Positions 51,151 through 61,421 of a stretch of 64,000 nucleotides of DNA are shown one piece after another (within the stretch, counting starts at the first letter, position 1; each line of letters begins with the position of its first letter). Both the position numbers and the translations under genes were made by a program. The notes under the pieces were generated by a model. The model was not told the DNA's origin and did not search any database. It saw only the letters and a list, made by a program, of their open reading frames with translations. The stretch lies in the NCBI GenBank assembly GCA_021325655.1, contig JAJPGT010000020.1, forward strand, positions 1,590 to 65,589, read 5' to 3'. The stretch is from Pseudomonadota bacterium. Lineage in GTDB: Bacteria; Chloroflexota; UBA6077; JAJPGT01.

Positions 51151-53580
51151 GTGACCACTGAGCCGCGCCGCCTCAACGCGTCCGCCGCCAGCGATCGCCC
51201 CGACCAGCGCGAGGCGCCCGCGCCGCCGCCGGCCCAGCTTGAGGCGGTGATCGAGCGGATCACCTACCAGTCCGAGGAGACGGGCTACACCGTGGCCCGG
51301 GTGGTCGACAACCGCAACCGGCTGATCACCGTGGTCGGCAACCTGCTTGGCGCCACCCCCGGGGAGTCGGTGCGCCTGGAAGGCCGCTGGACCGTCCACC
51401 CCAAGCACGGGCGGCAGTTCGAGGTGCAGCGCTTTCGGCTGACGCTGCCAGCCACTGCGCACGGGGTGGAGAAATACCTCGGCTCGGGCCTGGTCCGCGG
51501 CGTCGGCCCCGTCTCGGCGAAGCGGATCGTCGAGCACCTGGGCGCGGAGACGCTGGAGATTATCGACTCACACCCGGAGCGGCTGCTGGACGTGCCAGGG
51601 ATCGGCCCGGTGCGGCTGCGGGCGATCACCAGCGCCTGGGCGGAGCAGCGCTCGATTCGCGAGGTGATGGTCGCGCTGCAGGACGTCGGCGTCTCGCCGG
51701 CGCTCGGGGTGCGCATCTACAAACGCTACGGCGACCTGGCCCTGAACGTGGTGCAGAACGAGCCCTACCGGCTCGCCCGCGAGGTGTGGGGCATCGGCTT
51801 CAAAACGGCCGACAAAGTGGCGCGGGAGCAGGGCGTGGCCTACGACGCGCCGAGCCGGGTCGCGGCCGGCGTCCGCTACGCTCTGTCGCAGGCGGCCGAC
51901 GAAGAAGGACACTGCTACCTGCCGCGCGAGGAGCTAGGGGAGCGCGCCCGCGAGCTGCTCGGCGTGGAGCAGGAGGCCATCGATCGAGCGGTGGACGAGC
52001 TGATGATCACTGAGGAGGTGCTCGTCGAGACGCTGGAGGACGGCAGCGAGGCGATCTACCTGGCGCCCTTCCGCCACGCCGAGGTCGGCGTGGCCCACCG
52101 CGTGCGCCTGCTCCGCGACGCCCGCCTGGATCGCCTGGCGGAGTTCGCCACAGTGGACTGGGACCGGGCGCTGGATTGGCTCCGCGGCGAGACCGGCCTG
52201 GAGCTGGCGCCGGAGCAACGGGCAGCGGTAGTCACTGCGCTCACCCAGAAGGTGTCGATCCTCACCGGCGGTCCCGGCACCGGCAAGAGCACGACAGTGC
52301 GGAGCGTGGTCGAGCTGGCGCGGGCGAAGCGGAAGCGGGTGTTGCTCCTCGCCCCCACCGGGCGCGCCGCCAAGCGGCTGGCGGAGCTGGCTCACGCTCC
52401 GGCGCACACCATTCACCGCTTCCTCAAGCTCCGCCCCGGCGCGCAGGCGGCGTTCAACGAGACCCAACCGCTAGAAGCGGACCTGGTGGTGATCGACGAG
52501 ACGTCGATGCTAGACCTGATCCTGGCCAATACCCTGTTCAAGGCGATCGCTCCCGGCACCCACGTGCTCCTGGTCGGCGACACCGACCAGCTTCCCAGCG
52601 TTGGCCCCGGCAGCGTCCTGGCAGACCTGATCAAGAGCGAGGCGGTGCCGGTGATCCGCCTGGAGCGCATCTTCCGCCAGGCGGAGTCCAGCCAGATCGT
52701 CCAGAACGCGCACCGCATCAACCGCGGCGAGCCGCTGCCCTGGACGAATCGGCCCGACGGCGATTGCTTCGTCTTCACCGCGCGCACCCCCGAGGCGGCC
52801 GCAGATCTGGTGGTGGAGATCGTCCGCGACCGCATCCCCCGCCGCTTCGGGATCCCGCCCAGCGACATTCTGGTGCTGAGCCCGATGCACAAGGGGCTGG
52901 CAGGGGTGGGGCTGCTGAACGAGCGGCTGCAAGAGGCGCTCAACCCGCCCGGCCCGGGCCGGGCCGAGGTGCGAGCCGCCGGGCGGCTGTTCCGTGTCGG
53001 CGACCGCGTCATCATGACCCAGAACGACTACGAGCGCGAGGTGTTCAACGGCGACTTCGGAACCGTGGTCGCGGTGGATCATGAGGCCCGCGCGCTGCGG
53101 CTGGCGATGGACGACGGGCGGGAGGTGACCTTCGACTTCCTGGAGCTGGACGAGCTGCAGCTCGCCTACGCGCTCACCATCCACAAGGCGCAGGGGAGCG
53201 AGTTCCGCGCCTGCGTGCTGGTGCTGCTCACCAGCCACTACGTGATGCTCGCCCGCAACCTCCTGTATACCGCGCTGACGCGGGCGCGTCGGCTGGCGGT
53301 GCTGGTCGGCCAGCCCGCCGCGGCGGCAATCGCGGTCCGCAACGACCGGGTGGCGCGGCGCTACACCGGGCTGGCGCGCCGACTGGCGGGGTCCCCACGC
53401 GACGGGTCGCGTGGGGTGCCACTGGCGGAGGCGGTGTCGCGGGCTGAATCGACATCCGCTGGTGTAACCTACGAGCCGATCCCGCGGCGCACCAGGCCCC
53501 GGCCCAGGCTTCCGGAGCCGATCGAGGCGACCCTTGCGCACGGCGAAGCCGAGCCCGCGGCTGGCCCAGGAGCGCCCTGA
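51151..53580 (+). CDS. recD2: ATP-dependent RecD2-like DNA helicase
   Basis: HPKHGRQF, KYLGSGLVRGVG, GIGFKTAD, GGPGTGKS, APTGRAAKRL, DETSM, GDTDQLPSVG, AYALTIHKAQGSE; start approximate. Confidence 0.93.
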   Translation: MTTEPRRLNASAASDRPDQREAPAPPPAQLEAVIERITYQSEETGYTVARVVDNRNRLITVVGNLLGATPGESVRLEGRWTVHPKHGRQFEVQRFRLTLPATAHGVEKYLGSGLVRGVGPVSAKRIVEHLGAETLEIIDSHPERLLDVPGIGPVRLRAITSAWAEQRSIREVMVALQDVGVSPALGVRIYKRYGDLALNVVQNEPYRLAREVWGIGFKTADKVAREQGVAYDAPSRVAAGVRYALSQAADEEGHCYLPREELGERARELLGVEQEAIDRAVDELMITEEVLVETLEDGSEAIYLAPFRHAEVGVAHRVRLLRDARLDRLAEFATVDWDRALDWLRGETGLELAPEQRAAVVTALTQKVSILTGGPGTGKSTTVRSVVELARAKRKRVLLLAPTGRAAKRLAELAHAPAHTIHRFLKLRPGAQAAFNETQPLEADLVVIDETSMLDLILANTLFKAIAPGTHVLLVGDTDQLPSVGPGSVLADLIKSEAVPVIRLERIFRQAESSQIVQNAHRINRGEPLPWTNRPDGDCFVFTARTPEAAADLVVEIVRDRIPRRFGIPPSDILVLSPMHKGLAGVGLLNERLQEALNPPGPGRAEVRAAGRLFRVGDRVIMTQNDYEREVFNGDFGTVVAVDHEARALRLAMDDGREVTFDFLELDELQLAYALTIHKAQGSEFRACVLVLLTSHYVMLARNLLYTALTRARRLAVLVGQPAAAAIAVRNDRVARRYTGLARRLAGSPRDGSRGVPLAEAVSRAESTSAGVTYEPIPRRTRPRPRLPEPIEATLAHGEAEPAAGPGAP

Positions 53581-53638
53581 GTCAGGCGCCTGGGATCCGC
53601 CTGGGGCGTATTCCTGCGAGTGGGAGGCGTGATCCGCC

Positions 53639-54397
53639 ATGACCGAGCCCGCTGATTCAGCCGGTGTCGTCGCGCTCATCGGCGCCGGCGAGTTCCTGCC
53701 CAGCATGAAGCCGGTCGATCGCTCCCTGCTGGCGTTCACCCCCCCGATCCGGTCGCGGCCGCGGGTGGCGATCCTCCCTACCGCCTCGGCCGAAGACCGC
53801 CCCGGGACGTTCGAGCGCTGGGGCGAGATGGGCCGCGCGCACTTCGAGTCGCTCGGGACCGAGCCCGTGGTCGTCCCGATCCGAACTACCGCCGATGCCC
53901 ACGATCCGGCGCTCCTCGATTTGCTCCAGGACCGCGACCTGTACTACTTCTCCGGCGGGCTGCCCGACCTGCTGGTGGACGTGCTCCTCGGCAGCCCGGC
54001 CTGGGCAGCGATCGTCGCGGCGCACCGTCACGGCGCGGTGGTGGCCGGGTGCAGCGCCGGGGCGATGGCCTTCGGCCTGGCGACCCTGACGATCCGGGAC
54101 ACGCTGGCCGGCCGTGAGCCGCGCTGGGTGCCGGCGCTGGCCCTAGTTGCCGACCTGTGCGTCTTTCCCCACTTCGACCAGATCCACCGCTTCGCGAGCC
54201 CCGAGCAGGTCGCCGCCTACGTCGCCTCGGCGCCAGCGGCGGCGACCGTGGTGGGCATCGACGAAGAGGTCGCCCTGGTAGGCCGGCAGGGAAGCTGGTC
54301 GGTCCACGGGCGACAGGGCGGGGCGGTGACCATTCTGCACCGCTCAGGCGCGACGAGCCGCGCCCCGGTCGGCGCCTCGCTCTCCCTCGCCCCGTAA
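53639..54397 (+). CDS. Peptidase S51 / cyanophycinase-like protein
   Basis: ILPTASA, YFSGG, GCSAGAM nucleophile elbow, PHFD, GIDE. Confidence 0.85.
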   Translation: MTEPADSAGVVALIGAGEFLPSMKPVDRSLLAFTPPIRSRPRVAILPTASAEDRPGTFERWGEMGRAHFESLGTEPVVVPIRTTADAHDPALLDLLQDRDLYYFSGGLPDLLVDVLLGSPAWAAIVAAHRHGAVVAGCSAGAMAFGLATLTIRDTLAGREPRWVPALALVADLCVFPHFDQIHRFASPEQVAAYVASAPAAATVVGIDEEVALVGRQGSWSVHGRQGGAVTILHRSGATSRAPVGASLSLAP

Positions 54398-54423
54398 GGT
54401 CTGCTATCAGGGGGATGTGCTGC

Positions 54424-56070
54424 ATGGCGTCCCGCTCCGCGCCTGTGCTTGACGTCTCGGCTGGAGCCGAGACGCAGCTTCGATCCCGCCGCGCTCTGCT
54501 CGCCGGCCTCCGCGCCGAACTGCTCGGCGTGATCGCGCTCGCCCTGCTGGCAGGAGTGGTCCGCTACCCATACCTCTGGCTGGAGCCGCGGATCACCGAC
54601 GAGTGGCGCGAAGCGCAGCGGGGCCTGCTCATCGCGCAAGGACACGGGTTTCCCGCCACCAACGTCGCCCCCTACATCGGCGCGCTCTGGAACTACCTCC
54701 TGGCGATCGCCTACCTGATCCTCGGCGACGATCTGCGCGTCCCGCGCCTGGTGGCGATGCTGCTCGGCGCCCTGACCGTGGTCCCGACGTACCTGCTCGG
54801 GCGGGAGCTCGGGGGCAGGCTGGTGGCGTTGCTCGCGGCGCTGCTGATGGTCACCTCGCCGGTGCACGTGCTCACCAACAGCCACATCGCCTGGTCCAAC
54901 TGCATCACGCCGCTCTTTACCACCGCCGGGCTCTGGCTGCTGGTCGGCGCGGCGCGGCGCGCGGACGGCCGCTGGCTGGCGCTGAGCGGCCTGGCGTTCG
55001 GCCTGGCGTTTCAGACACATCCTACCGCGCTCGCGGTGCTGCCCGGGGCGCTGCTGTACCTCTGGCAGCGCGGGCGCCCCCTGCTGCGCGGCATCTGGCT
55101 GCCGCTCGCCGGGGCGCTGTTTCTGGTCGCGAGCCTCAACGTCGTCGTCTTCATCACCGCTTATCCCGCCGATTTCTTCGGCTCGATCCAGTCGCGGCAG
55201 GAGGATTACAATCGCCGCGCCCCGCCCACCTTTGTCCAGCGTTACTGGACCAACGCCGGCTATCTCTGGCTCTCCCTGGGCCGGCTCCCGAGCGGGGCGG
55301 TGCTGACCGACAACAACTGGGCGCACATCCTGGCGCACCCGCTCATCTGGCTCTACGCCGGCGCTCTTGGCGCTGGTGCTGTGCTCTCCGCCCGGCGGGG
55401 CCAGCCGCTCGCCGCGGACGTCGCCGCCCCGGCTCTGGTCCTGCTGCCGCTGTTTCAGCCGGGGTCCTACTACCCTGTGCCCGATGGTCGCTACGCAATG
55501 CCGCTGCTACCAGTGCTCTACGCCAGCCTGGCCTACGCGCTCACCCGGCCGAGCACGCAAGCAGCGACACCACTCCCCGCGCGTCCCTCCTCCCCGCTTC
55601 GCCCACTGTGGGCGCAGGAAGGGCTGCTGAGGCGCCTCCTGCCAGGAGGCCGGCTCGCCGCACTGCTCATCCTCGCCCTGGCGCTCATCCCGCTCGGGCC
55701 GATCCGCGCCTACTATGCCGCCGACGCCGAGCGGCGCGCGGTGTACAGCCGGCTCTGGGAGACGCTGCTGCTGGTGCAGCAGACTATGCCGCGCCACGCC
55801 ACAGTGCTGCTGGACGAGAATCTGAAGGCGATCATCGACGAGAACAACACCGAGAAGCGCACCGAGTCGCTGCTCGACATGGCCGGGTTCGACGCCCGGT
55901 ATCAGCTCATCGACCCAGCGGACCCTGCCGTGGCCATCTCCGACCGCCACGCGGTGTACCTGCTCACCTGCCAGACCTACCAGGCCGGGCGGCGCACCCT
56001 TGGACTGGTCCCGCTCGACGCCGGCGCGCCGGATGACTGCCAGGTGCTGCGCGCCGCCCGCCTGCCGTGA
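54424..56070 (+). CDS. GT-C membrane glycosyltransferase (ArnT/PMT, GT39/83-like)
   Basis: TDE motif after the first TM helix, YIGALWNY, many TM segments, GLAFQTHP, GRYAMPLLP. Confidence 0.75.
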   Translation: MASRSAPVLDVSAGAETQLRSRRALLAGLRAELLGVIALALLAGVVRYPYLWLEPRITDEWREAQRGLLIAQGHGFPATNVAPYIGALWNYLLAIAYLILGDDLRVPRLVAMLLGALTVVPTYLLGRELGGRLVALLAALLMVTSPVHVLTNSHIAWSNCITPLFTTAGLWLLVGAARRADGRWLALSGLAFGLAFQTHPTALAVLPGALLYLWQRGRPLLRGIWLPLAGALFLVASLNVVVFITAYPADFFGSIQSRQEDYNRRAPPTFVQRYWTNAGYLWLSLGRLPSGAVLTDNNWAHILAHPLIWLYAGALGAGAVLSARRGQPLAADVAAPALVLLPLFQPGSYYPVPDGRYAMPLLPVLYASLAYALTRPSTQAATPLPARPSSPLRPLWAQEGLLRRLLPGGRLAALLILALALIPLGPIRAYYAADAERRAVYSRLWETLLLVQQTMPRHATVLLDENLKAIIDENNTEKRTESLLDMAGFDARYQLIDPADPAVAISDRHAVYLLTCQTYQAGRRTLGLVPLDAGAPDDCQVLRAARLP

Positions 56071-56122
56071 CGGCGGCCGGCCGGCCGCCGGTACAATCCG
56101 GCGCAGGCCGGAAGGAGCGAGG

Positions 56123-57283
56123 ATGGACTTTTCCAGGGACGAGAACCACGAGGCGATCCGCGCTGCGGTGCGCGACATCTGCGCCCGCTTCCCCGATAGC
56201 TACTGGCGCCAGCTCGATCGCGCCTCCGCGTACCCTGAGCAGTTCGTCCGCGCCCTCACCGAGGCCGGCTGGCTCGCGGCGCTGATCCCCGAGGAGTACG
56301 GCGGGGCGGGGCTTGGCATCACCGAGGCGAGCATCATCCTGGATGAGATCAATCGCTCCGGCGGCAACTCCGGCGCCTGCCACGCGCAGATGTACATCAT
56401 GGGCACGCTGCTCCGACACGGCAGCGAAAGGCAGAAGCGGGAGTATCTGCCACGCATCGCCAGTGGCGAGTTGCGGCTCCAGGCCTTTGGAGTGACCGAG
56501 CCGAACGCCGGGTCCGAGACGACGCGCATCCAGACCACCGCGGTCCGCAAAGGCGATCGCTACATTGTCAATGGCCAGAAGGTATTCATCTCACGAGTGC
56601 AGCACTCGGACCTGATGCTGCTCCTGGCGCGCACCACCCCCTATGAGCAGCTTGCCGACAAGACGCGGGGGCTCTCGCTGTTCCTGGTCGACCTGCGCCG
56701 CGCTGGCACGGCGATCACGGTGCGCCCGCTGGAGATGATGATCAACCACGCCACGACCGAGCTGTTCATCACCGACCTAGAGATCCCGGCGGAGAACCTG
56801 ATCGGCGAGGAAGGGATGGGCTTCCGCTACATCCTGGACGGCTGGAACGCGGAGCGTATCCTGATCGCCGCCGAGTGCATTGGCGACGGCCGCTGGTTCA
56901 TCGACCGCGCCTCCAGGTACGCCCGCGAGCGGGTGGTCTTCGGCCGGCCGATCGGCGCCAACCAGGGTGTGCAGTTCCCGATCGCCCAGGCCTATGGCCA
57001 CGTGGAAGCGGCGGACCTGGTGCGCTACAAAGCGGCCTGGCTGTTCGACCGGGGCGAGCAGTGCGGCGCGGAGGCGAACCTGGCCAAGCTGCTCGCCTCG
57101 GAGGCCTCCTGGGAAGCAGCCAACGTCTGCCTCACCGTCCACGGCGGCTACGGCCTGGCAGTGGAGTACGACGTCGAGCGCAAGTTCCGCGAGACCCGCC
57201 TGTACACCGTCGCCCCGGTGAACAACAACCTGGTGCTGGCGTACCTCGGCCAGCACGTCCTGGGCCTGCCGCGGAGCTACTGA
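56123..57283 (+). CDS. Acyl-CoA dehydrogenase (methylsuccinyl-CoA dehydrogenase-like)
   Basis: IPEEYGGAG, FGVTEPNAGS, NGQKVFISR, NAERILIA, HGGYG, VERKFRE; GAAGGAG RBS and TACAAT at 56092. Confidence 0.9.
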   Translation: MDFSRDENHEAIRAAVRDICARFPDSYWRQLDRASAYPEQFVRALTEAGWLAALIPEEYGGAGLGITEASIILDEINRSGGNSGACHAQMYIMGTLLRHGSERQKREYLPRIASGELRLQAFGVTEPNAGSETTRIQTTAVRKGDRYIVNGQKVFISRVQHSDLMLLLARTTPYEQLADKTRGLSLFLVDLRRAGTAITVRPLEMMINHATTELFITDLEIPAENLIGEEGMGFRYILDGWNAERILIAAECIGDGRWFIDRASRYARERVVFGRPIGANQGVQFPIAQAYGHVEAADLVRYKAAWLFDRGEQCGAEANLAKLLASEASWEAANVCLTVHGGYGLAVEYDVERKFRETRLYTVAPVNNNLVLAYLGQHVLGLPRSY

Positions 57284-58479
57284 TGCCCGACTCGGCCCCC
57301 CTCCCGCTGGCCGGCCTGCGCGTCGTCGCGCTGGAGCAGGCGGTGGCCGCCCCGCTCTGCAGCCGCCACCTGGCGGATATGGGTGCCGACGTGGTGAAGG
57401 TGGAGCGGACCGACGGTGGCGACATGGCCCGGCGCTATGACAGCGTGGTGAAGGGCCTGTCCGCCTACTTCGTCTGGCTCAACCGCGGCAAGCGCTCCCT
57501 CTGCCTGGACGTCAAACACCCGCAAGGGCTCGCCATCCTGGGCCAGTTGCTGGAGCGGGCCGACGTGTTCCTCCACAACCTCGGCCCGGGCGTCATCGAG
57601 CGGCTGGGCCTCGGCTACGACGCGCTGCACCCCGCCCTCCCGCGACTGATCTGGTGCGGGATCTCGGGCTACGGCCCGGATGGCCCGTACCGCGACCGGC
57701 GCGCCTACGACCTGCTGCTCCAGGCGGAAAGCGGGGTGATGTCGCAGACCGGGACGCCCGAGGAGCCGGCCAAGGTGGGCATCTCCATCGCCGATATCGC
57801 CGCCGGCACCATCGCGTTCTCGGCGATCCTGCTGGCGCTGCTGGATCGCCAGCGCAGCGGCCAGGGGCGCCGGATCGACGTCTCGCTGCTGGATTGCCTG
57901 GCGGAGTGGATGGGCGCGCCGCTGTACCACTACCTGTATGGCAACACGATCCTGCCGCGGGGTGGGATGCGCCACAACATGATCGTCCCCTACGGCCCGT
58001 ACCGCTGCGCCGGCGGGGCGATGGTGCTGCTGGCGGTGCAGAACGAGCGCCAGTGGGAGACACTCTGCCAGGCGGTTCTGCGCCGCCCGGAGCTGCTGGA
58101 CGATCCGCGCTTCGCCAGCAACGAGCGGCGGGTGGCGCACCGGGCCATCCTGGAGCCGCTTATCGAGGCGGCGCTGGCGGACGTGACGGTCGAGGAGGCG
58201 CAGGCGCGGCTCGCCGCAGCCGACCTGCCCTACGCGCAGCTCAACGACGTGGCAGGGCTGGCGGCGCACCCGCAGCTCAAGGCGCGCGATCGCTGGCGCC
58301 AGGCCGACAGCCCGGTGGGGCCGCTGGCAGCGCTGGAGCCGCCCTTCAACCTCGGCGGCCAGCCGGCCAGGATGGGGCCGATTCCGAGCGCGGGCCAGCA
58401 CACGGAGGACGTGCTGGCCGAACTGGGCTACCCGCCCGAGGCGAGAGCAGCGCTGCGCGCCAGCGGCGCCATCGGTTGA
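57283..58479 (+). CDS. CoA-transferase family III (CaiB/BaiF)
   Basis: PLAGLRVVALEQAVAAP, LADMGADVVKVE, LNRGKRS, ISGYGPDGPY, AYDLLLQAE. Confidence 0.92.
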   Translation: MPDSAPLPLAGLRVVALEQAVAAPLCSRHLADMGADVVKVERTDGGDMARRYDSVVKGLSAYFVWLNRGKRSLCLDVKHPQGLAILGQLLERADVFLHNLGPGVIERLGLGYDALHPALPRLIWCGISGYGPDGPYRDRRAYDLLLQAESGVMSQTGTPEEPAKVGISIADIAAGTIAFSAILLALLDRQRSGQGRRIDVSLLDCLAEWMGAPLYHYLYGNTILPRGGMRHNMIVPYGPYRCAGGAMVLLAVQNERQWETLCQAVLRRPELLDDPRFASNERRVAHRAILEPLIEAALADVTVEEAQARLAAADLPYAQLNDVAGLAAHPQLKARDRWRQADSPVGPLAALEPPFNLGGQPARMGPIPSAGQHTEDVLAELGYPPEARAALRASGAIG

Positions 58480-58510
58480 GCGACAACAGTATCCAGAAGG
58501 AGCATGCCCG

Positions 58511-59022
58511 ATGACCGTCAAACCGGGGTGGGAAGGCCGGGTCTTTGAGGACTTCCAGGTTGGCGATGTCTACGTCCACCCACTCGGCCGGACTATTACG
58601 TCAACCGATAACGCCTGGTTTACCCTGCTCACGCTCAACACGAACCCGGTGCATTTCGACCACCACTACGCGGCGCAGACCGAGTTCGGCCGGCCCCTGG
58701 TGAATAGCTGCTTCACCCTGGCGCTGGTGACCGGCCTGAGCGTGCCGGACCTCAGCCAGCACGCGATGGCGAACCTCGGCTGGGACGAGGTGCGGTTACC
58801 CGCGCCGGTGTTCGAGGCGACACCATCTACGCCAGGAGCGAGGTGCTGGAGACACGGGAGTCGAAGTCGCGCCCGAACGTCGGCATCGTCCGTGTGAAGA
58901 CGACTGGCTTCAATCAGGATGGGGTCACCGTGATCGAGTACACGCGCACGATCATGGTGTATCGGCGCGGGCACGTGCCGCGGACGGCCCGCGACCGCGC
59001 GGCGCGCGGCGATCTCGGCTGA
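58511..59022 (+). pseudogene. MaoC-family dehydratase/hydratase with a 1-nt frameshift (pseudogene or sequencing error)
   Basis: GRVFEDFQVGD..GRTIT..DN..NPVHFD..LGWDEVRLPAPVFE; the expected GDTIYARSEVLETRESKSRPNVGIV... continues in another frame to TGA 59022. Confidence 0.8.
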
Positions 59023-59033
59023 GCCAGCGCAAT

Positions 59034-59063
59034 GGGGCCCCGGCGCTGAGCCGCCGGGGCCCC
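59034..59063. terminator. Strong hairpin between convergent genes (likely bidirectional terminator)
   Basis: GGGGCCCCGGCG-ctgagc-CGCCGGGGCCCC, a perfect 12-bp stem; no U-tract. Confidence 0.65.
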
Positions 59064-59081
59064 GCTCTGCGCCCTCGGGCC

Positions 59082-61421
59082 TCAGGCGCCGCGGCGCGCC
59101 TGCTGGATGAGCCGCCAGATCTTCTCTGGCCGGGCCGGGATGTCGACATGCTTGACGCCCAGCGCCCGCAGTGCGTCGCCGATCGCGTTGGCCACGGTGG
59201 GCGTGGCGGCGATGGTGCCGGCCTCGCCGATCCCCTTGACGCCCAGCGGGTTGGCCGGCGTCACTGTCACGGTGCGGTGGTTCTCCATGCGCGGCAGCAT
59301 GTCGGCTCGCACCGCGGCGTAGTCGAGCAATGAGCCGGTGAGGAGCTGGCCGGTTTCCGGGTCGTAGACGATCTCCTCGGACAGCGCCTGCGCCGCGCCC
59401 TGGGCGGCGCCACCCTGCACCTGGCCATCTACGAGCAGCGGGTTGACCACGTTGCCGCAGTCGTCCACGCTCACGTACTTCACCAGCTTCACCTCGCCCG
59501 TCTCCGGATCGACATCCACCACCGCGACGTGCGTCCCGAACGGGAAGGTGAAGTTGGGCGGATCGAACACGCGGATGGACTGCAGCCCGGGCTCCATTCC
59601 CTCCGGGATGTTCACCCCGTTGTATGCCTCACGCGCGACCTGGGCGAAGGTGAGCGACCTGCCAGGGGCGCCCTTGACCTGGAACACGCCCGCCTCGAGC
59701 TCGACGTCGTCTGGTGAGACCTCGAGCATGTGAGCGGCGATCTTCACTGCCTTGTCGCGCACATCCTGCATCGCCAGCAGCACCGCGCTGCCACCGAGCG
59801 CCAGCGAGCGGCTGCCGCCGGTGCCGTTGTTCGAGAAGGGCGTGCTGGCGGTGTCGCCGTGGTGCACGGTGATGTCCGCCACGTCGATCCCCAGCACGTC
59901 GGCGGCGACCTGTGCAAAGGCGGTTTCATGCCCCTGGCCGTGGGCGGAGGCACCGGTGAAGATGTTGACCTTGCCGCTCGGCTCTACTCGGGCGATGGCG
60001 CTCTCGAAGCCGCCGGCCCCCATGATCTTGGAAGGGCCGAAGGCGCAGATCTCGACATAGCTCGCCAGGCCAACGCCGCGGATCTTCCCCTGCTGGCGGA
60101 GCTGCTCGGCCTCCGCCTTGAGCTGCCGGTAGCCGGATAGCTCCACCGCTCGGTCCAACGCCATGGCGTAGTCGCCACTGTCATAGGTCAGGCCGATCGG
60201 GGTGGTGTAGGGGAACTCGTCCTTGCGGATGAAGTTCTTCTTGCGCACCTCCACCGGGTCCAGCCCCAGCTCATCGGCAACGGCGTCCATCATCCGCTCG
60301 AGCAGGTAGGTCGCCTCGGGGCGTCCCGCGCCACGATAGGCATCGGTGGGCACCTTGTTGGTGAGCACCCCATGCAGCTCGTAGTGGATGTCGGTGAACC
60401 GGTAGGGGCCGGTGCCCATCAGCGTGGTGAGGGTGGGAATCTCGGCGGTGCCCAGGTACAGGTAGGCGCCCAGGTCGGCCAGCAGCCGGCCTTTGAGCCC
60501 GAGCACCGTGCCGTCGCGCTTACAGGCCATGCTGATGTAGTCGATCTGGTCGCGGCCGTGCGCCATCGTCGCCAGGTTCTCCCGGCGCTCCTCCAGCCAG
60601 CGCACCGGGCGTCCGAGCTGCATCGCCAGCCAGGGGATGAGCACTTCGTCGGGATAGACGTTGCACTTGGCTCCGAAGCCGCCGCCGACCTCTGGCGCGA
60701 TCACCCGGAGCTGGTTTTCCCGCAGGCCGAGAATCTCGGCGAAGCGATGCCGCATCAGGTGCGGCGCCTGCGTCCCCAGGTAGAGCACGACGCTGCCCTC
60801 GCCGCGGCGATACTCGGCCAGCGCGGCGCGGCACTCCATTGGCAGCGCGGCCACGCGCTGGTTCACGATCCGCCGCTCCACCACGGCGTCGGCTTGGGCG
60901 AACGCGGCATCCACGTCGCCGTGTTTAACGACCTGCACGAAGCACTCGTTGGTCCCGAGCTCCTCGTGCACCAGTGGTGCGCCCGGGGAGAGCGCCGCCT
61001 CCAGATCGACCACCACCGGCAGCGGCTCGTAGTCCACCATAATGGCGTCGACGGCGTCGCGGGCGGCCGCTTGCGAATCGGCCACCACCACCGCCACCGG
61101 CTCCCCGACGAACCGTACCTTCCCTTCGGCGAGTGCCGTGCGGCGCGGGTTCTTCGCACCTTCCAGGTTCGAGGCGCCGGGCAGCGAATTCAGGTGTGGG
61201 TTGACGTCCTGGCCGGTGTAGACCGCGACGACCCCGGGCCTCGCCCGAGCGGCCGAGGTGTCGATGCTCCGGATCCGCGCGTGGGCGTACGGACTGCGGA
61301 CGAACTCTGCGTGGAGCAACCCGAACGGCTGAAGATCGCCAATGTAGGTGGCGGAGCCGGTGATCAGCCGCGGGTCCTCCACGCGCTTGACCGCCGAGCC
61401 AATGAGGCGTGCTCGTGTCAT
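59082..61421 (-). CDS. Xanthine dehydrogenase-family molybdopterin-binding subunit (form II CoxL-like)
   Basis: KRVEDPRLITG, VRSPYAHARI, VGGGFGAK, AYRGAGRPE, HGQGHET, KGIGEAG. Confidence 0.92.
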   Translation of the reverse strand: MTRARLIGSAVKRVEDPRLITGSATYIGDLQPFGLLHAEFVRSPYAHARIRSIDTSAARARPGVVAVYTGQDVNPHLNSLPGASNLEGAKNPRRTALAEGKVRFVGEPVAVVVADSQAAARDAVDAIMVDYEPLPVVVDLEAALSPGAPLVHEELGTNECFVQVVKHGDVDAAFAQADAVVERRIVNQRVAALPMECRAALAEYRRGEGSVVLYLGTQAPHLMRHRFAEILGLRENQLRVIAPEVGGGFGAKCNVYPDEVLIPWLAMQLGRPVRWLEERRENLATMAHGRDQIDYISMACKRDGTVLGLKGRLLADLGAYLYLGTAEIPTLTTLMGTGPYRFTDIHYELHGVLTNKVPTDAYRGAGRPEATYLLERMMDAVADELGLDPVEVRKKNFIRKDEFPYTTPIGLTYDSGDYAMALDRAVELSGYRQLKAEAEQLRQQGKIRGVGLASYVEICAFGPSKIMGAGGFESAIARVEPSGKVNIFTGASAHGQGHETAFAQVAADVLGIDVADITVHHGDTASTPFSNNGTGGSRSLALGGSAVLLAMQDVRDKAVKIAAHMLEVSPDDVELEAGVFQVKGAPGRSLTFAQVAREAYNGVNIPEGMEPGLQSIRVFDPPNFTFPFGTHVAVVDVDPETGEVKLVKYVSVDDCGNVVNPLLVDGQVQGGAAQGAAQALSEEIVYDPETGQLLTGSLLDYAAVRADMLPRMENHRTVTVTPANPLGVKGIGEAGTIAATPTVANAIGDALRALGVKHVDIPARPEKIWRLIQQARRGA

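Noticed and set aside
53380-54010. GSP tripeptides in the RecD2 tail (LAGSPR) and the S51 peptidase (LLGSPA) as part of the CIS motif pattern
   Set aside because: These are isolated occurrences consistent with background; they show the motif needs a formal enrichment test.
59082-61421. True aerobic CO dehydrogenase (form I CoxL)
   Set aside because: The active-site loop is AYRGAGR, not AYxCSFR, and there are no cox accessory genes.
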